NCBI GenBank assembly: GCA_964035545.1
Contig: OZ037770.1
Span: forward strand, 14,002,642-14,066,641
Direction of reading: 5' to 3'
From: Bugula neritina
Taxonomy: Eukaryota; Animalia; Bryozoa
Length of the DNA: 64,000 bases
A program made the position numbers and the translations under genes. The notes beneath the pieces were generated by a model. It saw nothing but the letters and a program-made list of their open reading frames with translations. It was not told the DNA's origin and searched no databases. Below are positions 13,410 through 25,383 of the stretch, in pieces. Position 1 is the first letter of the stretch. Each line of letters opens with the position of its first letter.

Positions 13410-15849
13410 ATGAATACTCTCATCATTACTTTCTTTGCAGTTCTGGCTGTTTGTTCAGGTGAGTAACAAAATAAAATATTCCATTTTAATTATGGGTGAT
13501 CAAAATGGCTACCATTTTTGATAGCTATGAATAATTAATAAAAATTGAATTATTTTACGAAAACACCACTGCCATTAGCTCAGTTTTGCATTATTAAAAG
13601 CCTAGCTTTATATATATAAGAGCTTAATAGCATACATTTCTTTGTTGTAATCTGTGCTATATATTAGAATAAAACCAAAATTTCCCCCCTTAAAAAAAAA
13701 AAAGGTTTTTCAAGCTTTGAAGCTTTAGATTATAATATACAGTAGCTCTAATATTTTTTATCAGCATCTCTCCCCCACTGCCCCCACCCATGTCCTACTA
13801 GCCAATGTGGATCCTACTTCCCTGGAAACACACCTTACTCTTGTCCATGCGGCTATGTCAAGGATGACTGTGGCTGTGAGAAACAGGACTGTCAGTGTGG
13901 TAAGTTGACTATAAACTAGTCTAACTTGTGCATATTCAAATTGCTTGATTGATTTCAACAAAATGGCAACTGTGAGACAGATTTGTGAGCTTTCGAGCTT
14001 ACAGAAAAGTTTTAACGTGGTTTTCTGAGTTTGCTTTCTAAATTTATTGCTCAACATTTAAGTATTGTCTTTAGGGTTTTCTATATACTGAATTTATTTA
14101 TGTAGTTACAAAACTGCTAAACTTGGTGAAGTCAATTTATTTACTTATCTATAGGTATATGATTTTTTAATAATTAGTTATTATACAAAAACAGGATCGG
14201 TCAGCTTCAAGTTTTTGTTTATAAATATTATCTGCAAGTTATATTAGACTTTTCCATAAAAGCTCATAAAAAATTATAAAAACTGAACATAATAATTTTT
14301 TATTAATTGATAACTATATTATGTAATCATGCAACATAAAAGTAGCATAGCACAATATTTCATATTTTCTATTGAATGCCAAATTTACCAACCTATTGTT
14401 TTATCAAAGCATCAATATAAATTTACAAAAAATTTCGGGGAAATACATAACAGTATAATATGTACAACGTATAAAGCAATGGATAAACATCAAATTTAAA
14501 TATAATATAATACATGCATATAATATTATATAATCAACTGAAAGTCTTTGATACTTGAGTAATGTATATCTTTCTAGTCGATTGTCCAGCAGCAGACTTC
14601 ACTAAGTTCTGTAAGGATGGATATAGAACTAGTGGGGGCTGTCCCGTCACCTCTCTCTGTGGTGAGTTATAGTTTATAAACACATAATTAATTTTGGGAA
14701 GACAATTAATAATATTGTGACTATCAGTGTCAACACACATTATATATACAGAACAAATATAAAGACAATATATTGTACAACTATTAAAAGGTAAACTAAA
14801 TGATTAGAGCTAAATATTCAAAACATGCTAATTTTTTTCTGAATAACTTAAACTGACAATTTTTTTAGTTTGAATTCGGAAGATGACACATGATGGTGTG
14901 ACTTTCATTGTCAAAGTATTTATGATGAGCAAATGTAGAACAAATATTGTACCATCATTAAAAAGAAAACTAAATATTTAGAATTACTTGTAAATATTCA
15001 AAACATGTATATAGTTGTATCAAAATTATTAAGAAAGCATAAAGTGTAATAATTAGTCTAATTCTACTTATCATATTGAACACAGTGAGTAACGGAGTGA
15101 GACTCACTAGGAGATGCCCCAACTCTCAGGAACCATTTGGACCTAAGTATAACCCAGGTTGTAGAAGTAAAGCTGATTGTGCTGCACCTGATGTGTGCTG
15201 TACTTCACCCTATTCTACCACCAAGTACTGCGTTAAAGGAGAAGTGTAAGTATTTAAAGCAAAAATAAAAGAGTAACCAAGATAAAAACAATTTTCTTAC
15301 AACTTTGTTAATTGCTTGGATATTATCATAATAACTGCTTTTTATATAAATTCTCTTTAAGGCCTATGCATGTATAGCTATTATAAGTATAATTATTATT
15401 AGCAACACTGTTACCAGCAAGTAAATGATTTATGTTACAGCATATCTCTTATATAATATGGTAAAGCTTTTCAAATTTTAAATATATAACATTTCAATTG
15501 ACTTTGCACTGAATATTTTAAAAATAAGTAAGCTAATAAGTGTACATGTACTCAAGTGTAAATGAACAGGTGACAAAATAATAATTGGGCAATATGTCGC
15601 ACAAATTTGAACGCATTTTATTTCAATATAACTTTGATAAATTACAATCTGCCTATAGATGTAACTGCTAGACATTTACAATTACTGCTGCAGTAGTACA
15701 ATCAGTTTGTTATATTTGACAATCTTTTAACTCGAAAGGGTCTTTTGAAATTAAACAAATAAATTATAGTTGAGTTTTCAATGAATATCTTACAAACTAA
15801 TTCCATTTGTGTATTTTACAGAGTACCTCCACTAAACCCACACTACTAG
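13410..15849 (+). CDS. Paralogue A3: secreted Cys-rich protein, 151 aa, 5 exons, with an extra Cys (CPCG)
   Basis: Exons 13410-13458, 13765-13899, 14578-14661, 15086-15245, 15822-15849; GT-AG; protein as A2 except KDDC in place of KDAC. Confidence 0.9.
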
Positions 15850-18109
15850 AACCTCCGGTAACCCAACTCAAGGCAGCTATATACGTTGAAGGACTTCTAT
15901 TTTATTGATGATAATAATAAATTACTTATGTTATAATTACAAACACAATAAAAATATATTTTGCTGAAACTAAAACAAAGTCAACTTCATTCAGTTATAC
16001 ATGAGCTAGGTGTGCATGGATGTATTTTTATATTTAATCATTTTACTCAATTTCTTCGTCATAACATTATGCTATATAGTGTGGAATGCTCCAATAAAAC
16101 ACAAAAGCTGCATCTTCAAATTCAGTTTTAATTTGAGCTTAATTTTAAATTCAAATTCAAGTTCACAATGTTAACTGATTTTCTTTCATATGCCCTTAGA
16201 CTTACTACTGAGCTGTTTCTAATAACAAGATTTACAATCTATAATATATATGTACCTTTGGTTAAGTTAAAAACTAAACTTACACAAAATCAGAAATAAT
16301 AGTTTTGTGATCAAGTAATAAAACTTGCAAGTACCTCAAACACTAAAATAAAATGGTTATTGCAATATCTAATCAACTATACATAAGGAGACCATCGTCA
16401 TAATATTATATTTATAAGCCAAGCCTTAATATACTTAACATAGACATAACTAAGAAAATTACCTTTAAAACAAATTCTAAAATAAATTTTAAAACATGCT
16501 ATGCTAATCTTTAATTAGAAATTATGTAACTGATAGCCATAACTAGAGAACTGAAAAGAGGTGCAAGCTAAACAAAACATTTGCTTAGAGTGTGTAGCCA
16601 AACAAACCGCATCACACTATAAATTAACTAAGGGAGACACCAGCTCTTACTATATTGCTGAGCTCTCCTGAATGTTTGATGTATTCTTCTAAAATAATTA
16701 CCAAAACAAATTATCTTCTGTGTACTTGTTGACATTGTACACCACCATCTCAAAAAGCAAAAAATTTTAATATTCAATCAACACCATCAGCTATCACGGA
16801 CTAATTTCAATCTGTTTTTTTAATTAATACTATTTGCATTCATTAATGCATATAAGGACAAAATCTCTAGTTGTTTTTACTTGCATTGTGATAAAAAAAT
16901 CTGACTAAAAAATTTATTTTGAAAGTGAAATTATTTTCACAATTTCTTGGATAAAATTTAGTTTTAGAATAATGATTCAATATTATTGCAATTTTAACAT
17001 ACTTTATAACTTTAGTTTATTATAGAATGCATTTTTCTGACAATGATGCTGCCAACAGCATTATTATAAGTGATGAGTCCTTATAACGCACAGCTTTGAT
17101 TATTTAGTAACTGGTTATAAGTTAATAAAGTAAACTTAAATCCAATATTACCCCAAGCTATTGAAAATTATGGTTTATCATTAGCTTGGTTTTTAAATTC
17201 AAACGTCACTATATATTCCAAAAATTGTCCTACAGGTATAGTTCTTTCCAAGGTTTTGTGGCAAATTAGCCAAGTGTACCTTGTTTACAATATAGTATTA
17301 TAGGCTTATAAGTAATATATATAACTTTATATTAAATGAATTATGTTATAGCTATTTGATATAGCAATATATAGGTCTAGGATAGCTATATTCAATAGCA
17401 AAAAATAAACTTACCTGGAGTTCTAAGCAACATTTTAAACTTTTGAGAAAGAAATTATCAGACTACATGGATATTCTTGTACACAGTGACTGAAGTGCAA
17501 AAGAGACATTTTTAAGTTTTAATATTTTCAATATTTTTTGGGCTGCAAATAATTTGACAATAATTTACGAAATGATTGAACATTTTGTTTGAAGCTTTGT
17601 TGTGAAATTAACAGCTAAATTAAATTGTACAGCAAGTATAAGGTATATAAATGAATCTAAACTTCCAATGCAAATGTCCTTTATGAGAAGAAAACAGTAT
17701 CAGAGTTGATAGTTTTTTTATTTTTAAAGCATAACTATAGTAAAGAAATTCACCGAGTGTATCTTTTTACATAAAACACACTTGTTTTTGGCCATTCCTC
17801 ATATGAGTGATGATGAAGCATTGCTAATGGCAACATATTGTCTCAAATCCTGGAAAAAAACATTCTCATAATGCACTCATGTTGACATCACATGTTTTCA
17901 ATAGCTAATCAAGTGTAAATTTGCACGATTTTTACCATATTATTTTTTCTAATTATAGTGTACATAATGATATGCATATGTATATGTGCACAGCATAAAT
18001 AATTAGTATGGCATATACATTTGTTTTTGAAGGAGGAAGCGTTGTGACTGTGAATATATAAAGTTATTTCACTAGGCAATGAATTTTGTAACATATTATA
18101 CACACACTT

Positions 18110-18345
18110 GTGTATAATATGTTTTGCAATGTGTCTACTTTGCTTACAACAGTGACATGTAAATATATAAAACTCATCTTTGTTGGCAAGTTGTCACTTG
18201 CAATTGAAGACATGTAATCATACCACGTGTCACGTAGCTCAATGTCATACCAACCTGGAATGTTGTAATGGTACTGGATTATGGCACTACACACAGAGTG
18301 ATTGCAATACACAAACAACAATAACTTATACAGGATCCTCATGGA
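18110..18345 (-). pseudogene. Possible relic coding exon of an unrelated gene carried in each A spacer (copies at ~4270-4530 and ~11640-11890)
   Basis: Reads MRILYKLLLFVYCNHSVCSAIIQYHYNIPGWYDIELRDTWYDYM...; open here, TAG-interrupted in the other two copies; no family recognised. Confidence 0.3.
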
Positions 18346-20048
18346 TATACCTTTATGTAACTGTACCTGAATCTTGACATGCTTATATGGAGGTTCCTCA
18401 ATCAATTTGAGACAAGTCAAGCTTGTTTCGAAAGTTATTTTAAAATTATTCAAAATGTAAAATGGCAAATCATTTGTGAAAATACAGTCATAACTTTTTA
18501 CATTTATATTTGGAACAAATAACAAGCACACACTATATCTGGCTTAATCCGTCTTTTAAATTTGTGCTTTTGAAAAGTAGCTTTACAATTATTCAAATTC
18601 TGGAATAGTATACCTTGTATGAAATAGTCATTAGCTTTTTACTTTGATTAAAAAAGACTTTTGCAGCTAACATGGCTGTAAGAATAGTTTTGGGATTTTT
18701 GCTCTTGCTTATATGTTAAGCTGAAACCAATCTATTAGCTATAATGTTCGTAAACACTAATGTAACATTTTAACAAACCAAACCTAGCTATGCCCACAAT
18801 ACAATATATATTATCTATATACTTCAACTATGGAATATCATATATTGATATGAAATGTCAAAACATTCTAATTCAATTACATGAACTTATATAAGGTTAT
18901 ATTCATAGAATTTGTTTCAATTTATAAAATCATCAGTTTGAAACTAATGTTCACCATTTTATTATAAATGCGGTCATCTAATGATAATTAGACAAAAACA
19001 ACCAATAAATTACTATAATGTATATCAAATAAATTAAACAATGTTTATCTGATACAAACCTATGTATTATATAGTTTTACAGCTAACATAAAATGTCAAA
19101 GTATAGAATAGCCACTATATCATTCTAGAAGTACAATTATATTATTATACTTTTCAGTTTGATGACTGACTGGTTTTATTAAACTCAAGCTAGTGCTGAT
19201 CATTCTCACCCAGGTGTTATTATTATATGAGACTAATTTAAACTATTTTTAACCAGGCTTAATTTATATAAACTGCATAAAAATATATAATTCTAATTAT
19301 CTAATAATTTTTAATGTATTATGCTTTAATAGTTAAACCATATTATAGCTCCTTTAGATACATAGATATGAGCTACCATATATAACTTTGTTCTGGGCTA
19401 GCGAGGAAACAAAAGCAACAAGTGCATGTATATTATACGTAGCTGCCAACTCATACTAATAAGTATTGTGTCATTGAGCGAATACTAAACACACATGCGC
19501 ACACAAACATACAAACGCTATTATACTCTAAGTTATTAGCATTATACAAAACTTGTAACTCATTGCATGGGCTTGAACTACTTGCATACCTTTTAAATCT
19601 ATAGTAGCAATATTTTAATTACAAAACTGTGAGTCATGTTACTAAGTCTTGCAAAAATGAAAAAGCAAAACATTTCATGTCAGATGTCTGCATGATTTAT
19701 ATTTGCCAGTATTCTAATTAAAATAAAAAAAAGTCGCACACATACTACATTCTTAGTGTCACTATAAAAATATATAATATAATATATTAAATTCTTTTAA
19801 TTTACTAATGCCTAAACTATCACCAGGTTATGATTATTGTACTAATTATTGAGTAATATACAGTATAAAAAAGAGTCATGCTAAAAAAGAGCTCACCAAA
19901 ATATTTAAATATATTTGTTGGCAGTGCAGCCAATATATTACTTCAGTGTTCCTGGTATTTCTAGTATTGCATGATTTTGGTGCACTGAAAATGAAATCAT
20001 GGAATTTCACAACTGGCTTTTTGAGTAAGGTTTCCTCAAGCTTTTTAG

Positions 20049-20055
20049 TATAAAA
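20049..20055 (+). promoter_or_regulatory. A4 TATA box
   Basis: TATAAAA at the same distance from the ATG as in A2/A3; the upstream element is degenerate (TTCCTCAAG). Confidence 0.6.
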
Positions 20056-20114
20056 GGAGGTGGTTTTTATCTATTTTTCATAACAAGTTTTGTCGTAAAA
20101 CAAGAATAAGAAGA

Positions 20115-22333
20115 ATGAATACTCTCATCATTACTTTCTTTGCAGTTCTAGCTGTTTGTTCAGGTGAGTAGCAAAAGGAATTACAAAAGTCTTTTTTTAT
20201 TATGAGAATGACCGCTAATTTTGATAACTAAAGCTCATAAATATAAAATTATTTTATTAGAGCACAACTACTATAAGCTCAATTTTGTATTATGTTATTA
20301 CAATCTTAAGTTAACTAAATTTCATAATTAATGCCTTTATTTGTTTTGATATGCATTATATTAAAATACAACCAATTATATATTTATTATTTGCCACAAT
20401 GGCTTTTTACATTTGTAAAATTTAGATTATAAGATTGTACAAATTGTCATTTTTTATCAGCATCTCTCCCTCACTGCCCCCACCCATGTCCTACTAGTCA
20501 ATGTGGATCCTACTTCCCTGGTAACACACCATACTCTTGTCCCAAAGGCTATGTCAAGGATGACTGTGGCTGTGAGAAACAGGATTGTCAGTGTGGTAAG
20601 TTGGCTGAAAACTATAGTCTAACATGTGTATATAATATTCAAATTGTTTGATTGCAACGATAAATGGCAGCTGTGAAATCAATTGATCAGCTTACCCTCA
20701 CAGAAAATTTTCAACATACCTGTTTGAGTTTAGTTTCTAAATTAATTGTTTTACATTTAAGTAATGCCTTAAACTGTATTGCTGTAGCAAGTGTTTTATA
20801 TAACTACAACATAAAACTTCTAAAATTATTTCAGGCATCCAATTTACTTAATTATTAATATATAAAATTACTTTAAATTCTTAAAATATGGAAAAGCACC
20901 TAAAACTTACAAAGCGATGAATTATAAGTATGCATCAAATTTAGTTATTATGATATATGCAAAAGAAAAGTATTTATTATTGAGTATTTAATCTTTCTTC
21001 AGTCGATTGTCCAACAGCAGACTTCACTAAGTTCTGTAAGGATGGATATAGAACTAGTGGGGGCTGTCCCGTCACTTCCCTCTGTGGTGAGTAGTTTATT
21101 ACCTATTGGGAAGACAACTTACAGTATTGCGATTATCCTTTTCAAAAGTTTATATACTCAAAAAAAAATTGCAGAATTATTAAAACGTAAACTAAACAAT
21201 TAGAATTAAATATACATGAGGTTGTATCAAAATTGATACAAAAACATGAAGTACACTAAATAGCCTAATTCTACTTATCATGCATTATTGAACATAGTGA
21301 GTAATGGAGTGAGACTCACTAGAAGATGCCCCAACTCTCAGGAACCATTTGGACCTAAGTATAACCCAGGTTGTAGAAGTAAAGCTGATTGTGCTGCACC
21401 TGATGTGTGCTGTGCTGCCCCCTATTCTACTACAATGTACTGCGTTAAAGGAGAAGTGTAAGTATACTTACTACTGTATATATACAGTAAATATAAAATG
21501 TAGTTCTATATAAAAAAAATACAACTTTTCATCTTTTATATTATTATCATAATAATTGTTTTTATATATTTTTTATAATGCCTACATGTAGCTGTTAGGG
21601 AGGTGTAAATAAGGTCCTGTATTAAATTGGCAATGCTGTCATCAGCAAGGAAATTTGGTATATATGTTACAGCCTATATTTTATATTATATATATAGTAA
21701 AACTTACTCATGATGCATGTTTATATAGTCACCATCCCGGTGAGAAACCCCTGATGGAAAGGGTTTTTGTTAAGGAGGGCTAAGGACTTATTTAAATAAG
21801 GCACAAGAGCCTGGATGCTCTTCCTAACAATCACCAAATGGCCTTTGTTCGGGTTCGCACCCATGACCCTGTGATTACTAGGCAAACGCTCTAACTCCTA
21901 GACCCCAGCTGATCTCTTTATATATTATAGTAACGATTTTCAAAACTTATGTATATATATTATTTTAATTGACTTTGCAATGAATATCTTAGAAATACAA
22001 GTAAATAAATGAGTGTACATATGTTCAGGTAGAAATTAACAGCAAATAAAGTAATAATTAGACAATATGTTGCACAAATTTGAATGCAATTTAGTTTAAA
22101 AAAACCTTATTTATTGGATCATACTTTCATTTTGTCTATTATAGCTGCTGCTTTCAAATATTTACAATTATCGCTGCAGTTGCACAATCAAGTGTTTGAT
22201 AACTCTCATCAATTATATGTGCTTCTCAAATTTAAACCTATGACTTATTATATTTAACTTTGGAATGAATCTTCTACAAATTAATTTCATTCGTGTATTT
22301 TACAGAGTACCCCCGCTAAACCCACACTACTAG
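20115..22333 (+). CDS. Paralogue A4: secreted Cys-rich protein, 151 aa, 5 exons
   Basis: Exons 20115-20163, 20461-20595, 21003-21086, 21298-21457, 22306-22333; GT-AG; variants CPKGYVKDDC and DVCCAAPYSTTMYC; ends VVPPLNPHY*. Confidence 0.9.
21701..21916 (-). mobile_element. tRNA-derived SINE in intron 4 of A4
   Basis: Reverse complement aligns over ~200 bp with the copy at 30988-31199; A-box-like GGGGTCTAGGAG and B-box-like GGTGCGAACCC; absent from the homologous intron of A2/A3. Confidence 0.85.
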
Positions 22334-23689
22334 AACAACTCTCATAACCCAACTCAATTAGGCAGCTATACATTGAAGGACTTCATTTTATTGATAATAT
22401 CAAAAAATTTCTTATGCTATAATTATAAGAATATTAAAATATAATTCATTGAAACTAAAATAAAATCCACTTTATTCAATTACATTTTTGCTATTAAACT
22501 TGGAGCACACTAGCTTCACTTATAGTTGCATATTATTAGCGCGGCGTGCTATTAGTGTTTATAATTACCATTCTGAAACAGAAAAAAACTAACTCACATT
22601 AGAGTTCAAGCTGAATGCACCTTAGATTTCAGTTTTAACTTGAATGTAATTCAAAGTTCAAGTTTTAGTCAACAATGTCAATTTATCTGCTTCAAACCTT
22701 TAGGCTCTTTACACTGAGATATTTCTATATTTATATTTCTATTTCTATAAAGATATTTGTTATCTAAATTGCACCATTTGGTAAATTACGGAACAAAATT
22801 TGAGAAGAATAATCTGACTCGTTCTAATTTATCTCCTGTAATTAAGGTAGCAAAGAACTAATTAGACATCAGTATAGATTTGTGTTGTACCAATTCACCA
22901 GAAAAAAATCATTTACGTTTGTGAATTATTAGCAAAAATAACTATAACTAAAGCGTACTATCTGAAACTGTTATTTATAATTTCAAGTATGCAAAACTAT
23001 AGAAATATAATAATATTGATAGTCAAAATATTATTGTATTTTATTTTGATAATGATGTTTTATACTTTTGAGTTATAGCATTATATCTTGTCAAAGCTGA
23101 ATAACTAGCAAAAGAGGAGAACTAGAAAAAAAATAACAAACTGTTTTGCTTACTAAAACCTTATTGCCTAAATCTGAACATGAGCAACCTCTTTCTTTGT
23201 CTATCTAATAAATTAAAAAGTAGTTCAACACACAACAATGATTATGTTGTTTCATTGTTGAAACTTTTCTTGTCTTTTAGTTTGTAGATATTACATGCAA
23301 TGCAACCATATTATAAATCAACATTTGTGCAGCACTTGTTTGAAGTTATGTATATATATGTAAGTTTTCCCAATATTTTTAAAACAGCGTTAGTTTATAT
23401 ACTTCTGCATAATAAAGCGATTTACAATTGCAATTATAAGTCATCAGTTTGGAATTTTAATGAAAGTTTTATTATATATTATACTTAAAATAAAATACTA
23501 TTTTGTAGCTAATTGATCGTAAAAGTGAACTGTTGAAAGTTATGTAACTTGAAAAGATTATTGAAAATCAATATAGCTGTTAGTGTATATTATAATAAAA
23601 TAGTGAGGAATAATAAATTGTTTCTTAGAATATAGTTGGTTTTGTTAGGGGAAGCTTGTGTTTAATCAACTGACAGTTACGGCAAATCT

Positions 23690-25257
23690 TTAATGAGCTC
23701 TACAAATATGAACAAATTTATTATAAATATATAAAAAAAATTGATGAAGCATGCAATAGCACTTGTCAGAAACCCGTAGTGTTTAATTTTAACTTGTGTG
23801 TTGATAAAGTTATATTCACCTGACTTCAATGCCATCAACACATCTCATGCCACTCTTGCCGTATACTTTACAGCAATTTCTTCCTGCAGGACCACACTGC
23901 CTGTCATTTGTGCACGTGTAAGAGCTTGGGTTATTGGCTGGCTCATTCAGGTTTGGGCATCTGTACTGAATCTCTACACCACTTGTTACTGGAAAGTCAT
24001 ATAAATATGCAAAGTGAAATGGCAGATGAAAATATGACGGCATTATACAGTATTATTAAATATACAACTAATATACTAGCTATAACATATTGGTAACTCT
24101 AGTATATATTTTAATATATTACTTACCACAAAAGTATGCATTTGGACAACCACCCTGTGTTCTATATCCATCTCTACAAAATCTCGTGTAGTCAGTTGGG
24201 GGACATCCAACTAAAATCATACAGAAAATACAATATTTTAAATGGAAAGATTAAAATGTTACATTGTAAAGTAAGGGTTTATGCACCATATTATCTTACA
24301 GCTATAATTTGGTAATATAACTATTACAATGACTATATAGACTGCAGTCAACTTACAACACTGGCAGTCCTGTTTCTCGCAGCCACATGAATCCTTGACA
24401 TAGCCGTTGGGGCAGGAGTAAGGTGTGTTACCAGGGAAGTAGGATCCACATCTACTGGTAGGACATGGGTGAGGACAGTGAGGGCGAGATGCTAAAACAA
24501 AACAAGCTTCCTAAAATACATCACCTTAAAATATAATTTTTCTTGTTAAACTGGTGACTATTATTCTTTTTAAAACATATTTCCCCTGACATTTTCAAAA
24601 TAGTGTATATGTTTAAAGTATTTAAACAAGACACAGACACTTGAGTTGACAGCTGCTCAAATTCTCAAATAAACACCTCATGAAATTTTATGATTCAAAA
24701 CTATAAATTGTACCTTTTTGGTATTTTCTAAGTGTGAAAAATGTTTTTTCTACTACTAATTGTCAATAGAAGACAATTACCATGTGTAACTTAAAGCTTT
24801 ATAACTAAAAGTGTGTTTAAATAGTTGTTACTGTGCCAGCACGGATGCTGAATGGCACAGTTGCAATTCACTTGATGAAGGGTGAATGGATGGAGGACAC
24901 AACTCAACCTTTTGCCTAATACGCCAACATTTTATATATTTCTCACAAAACTGTGAGAATTGTTTGAACAATAAAGTTTAAGTTGCCTGCATCTTTAACA
25001 AGAAGAAAATTAAGCTCTACTGACTCATCAAACAAAAGCTACCAGCAAAAAGCTATTGCTAAAGCTTTCACAAAAAGCTTTCATCAAACAATATTTTACT
25101 TGAATTGCTATATAGATCAAAAAGTTCCTGCAAAAAAGATTAATTATAAAACCCAGACTTTATTTCATAAACAAAATTTGTTATATATATACTTACCTTC
25201 AGTGAGGACTGCGAAAGCAGCTAGAAAAGCAAAAGCTGTGATAGCGAAGGTGTTCAT
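23690..25257 (-). CDS. Paralogue B1: secreted Cys-rich protein, 152 aa, 5 exons
   Basis: Exons (minus) 25257-25197, 24491-24357, 24210-24127, 23988-23820, 23699-23690; GT-AG; 459 nt open. MNTFAITAFAFLAAFAVLTEASRPHCPHPCPTSRCGSYFPGNTPYSCPNGYVKDSCGCEKQDCQCFGCPPTDYTRFCRDGYRTQGGCPNAYFCVTSGVEIQYRCPNLNEPANNPSSYTCTNDRQCGPAGRNCCKVYGKSGMRCVDGIEVRAH*. The tiny exon 5 is inferred from B2/B3. Confidence 0.88.
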
Positions 25258-25334
25258 TGTTGATTTACTCGGTTATAAGAGTATTGAATCTGATCTGATG
25301 TTGAATGTTGTGATGTGGTAGAGAAACTTCAGCC

Positions 25335-25383
25335 TTTATATACTAAACATTCAAAGAAATGCTAATTTTTGTTTCCTAGCAAC
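25335..25383 (-). promoter_or_regulatory. B1 promoter: X-box-like GTTGCTAGGAAAC, TTCTTTGAA and TATATAAA
   Basis: X-box 25383-25371, TTCN3GAA 25358-25350, TATA 25342-25335. Confidence 0.6.

Larger units (their letters stand above)
2770..22800 (+). repeat. Tandem triplication of a ~6-7 kb unit (spacer plus one A gene); units start near 2770, 9620 and 16850
   Basis: Collinear shared non-coding sequence, e.g. gtttttggccattcctcatatg at ~3371, ~10248 and ~17784, and tcctcaatcaatt(c/t)gagacaagtc at ~4578, ~11935 and ~18396. ATG spacings are 7413 and 6705 bp. Confidence 0.9.

Noticed and set aside
23816-24043. Single-exon ORFs 23816-24043, 31340-31522 and 60958-61185 as standalone genes
   Set aside because: They are internal exons read together with flanking intron sequence.
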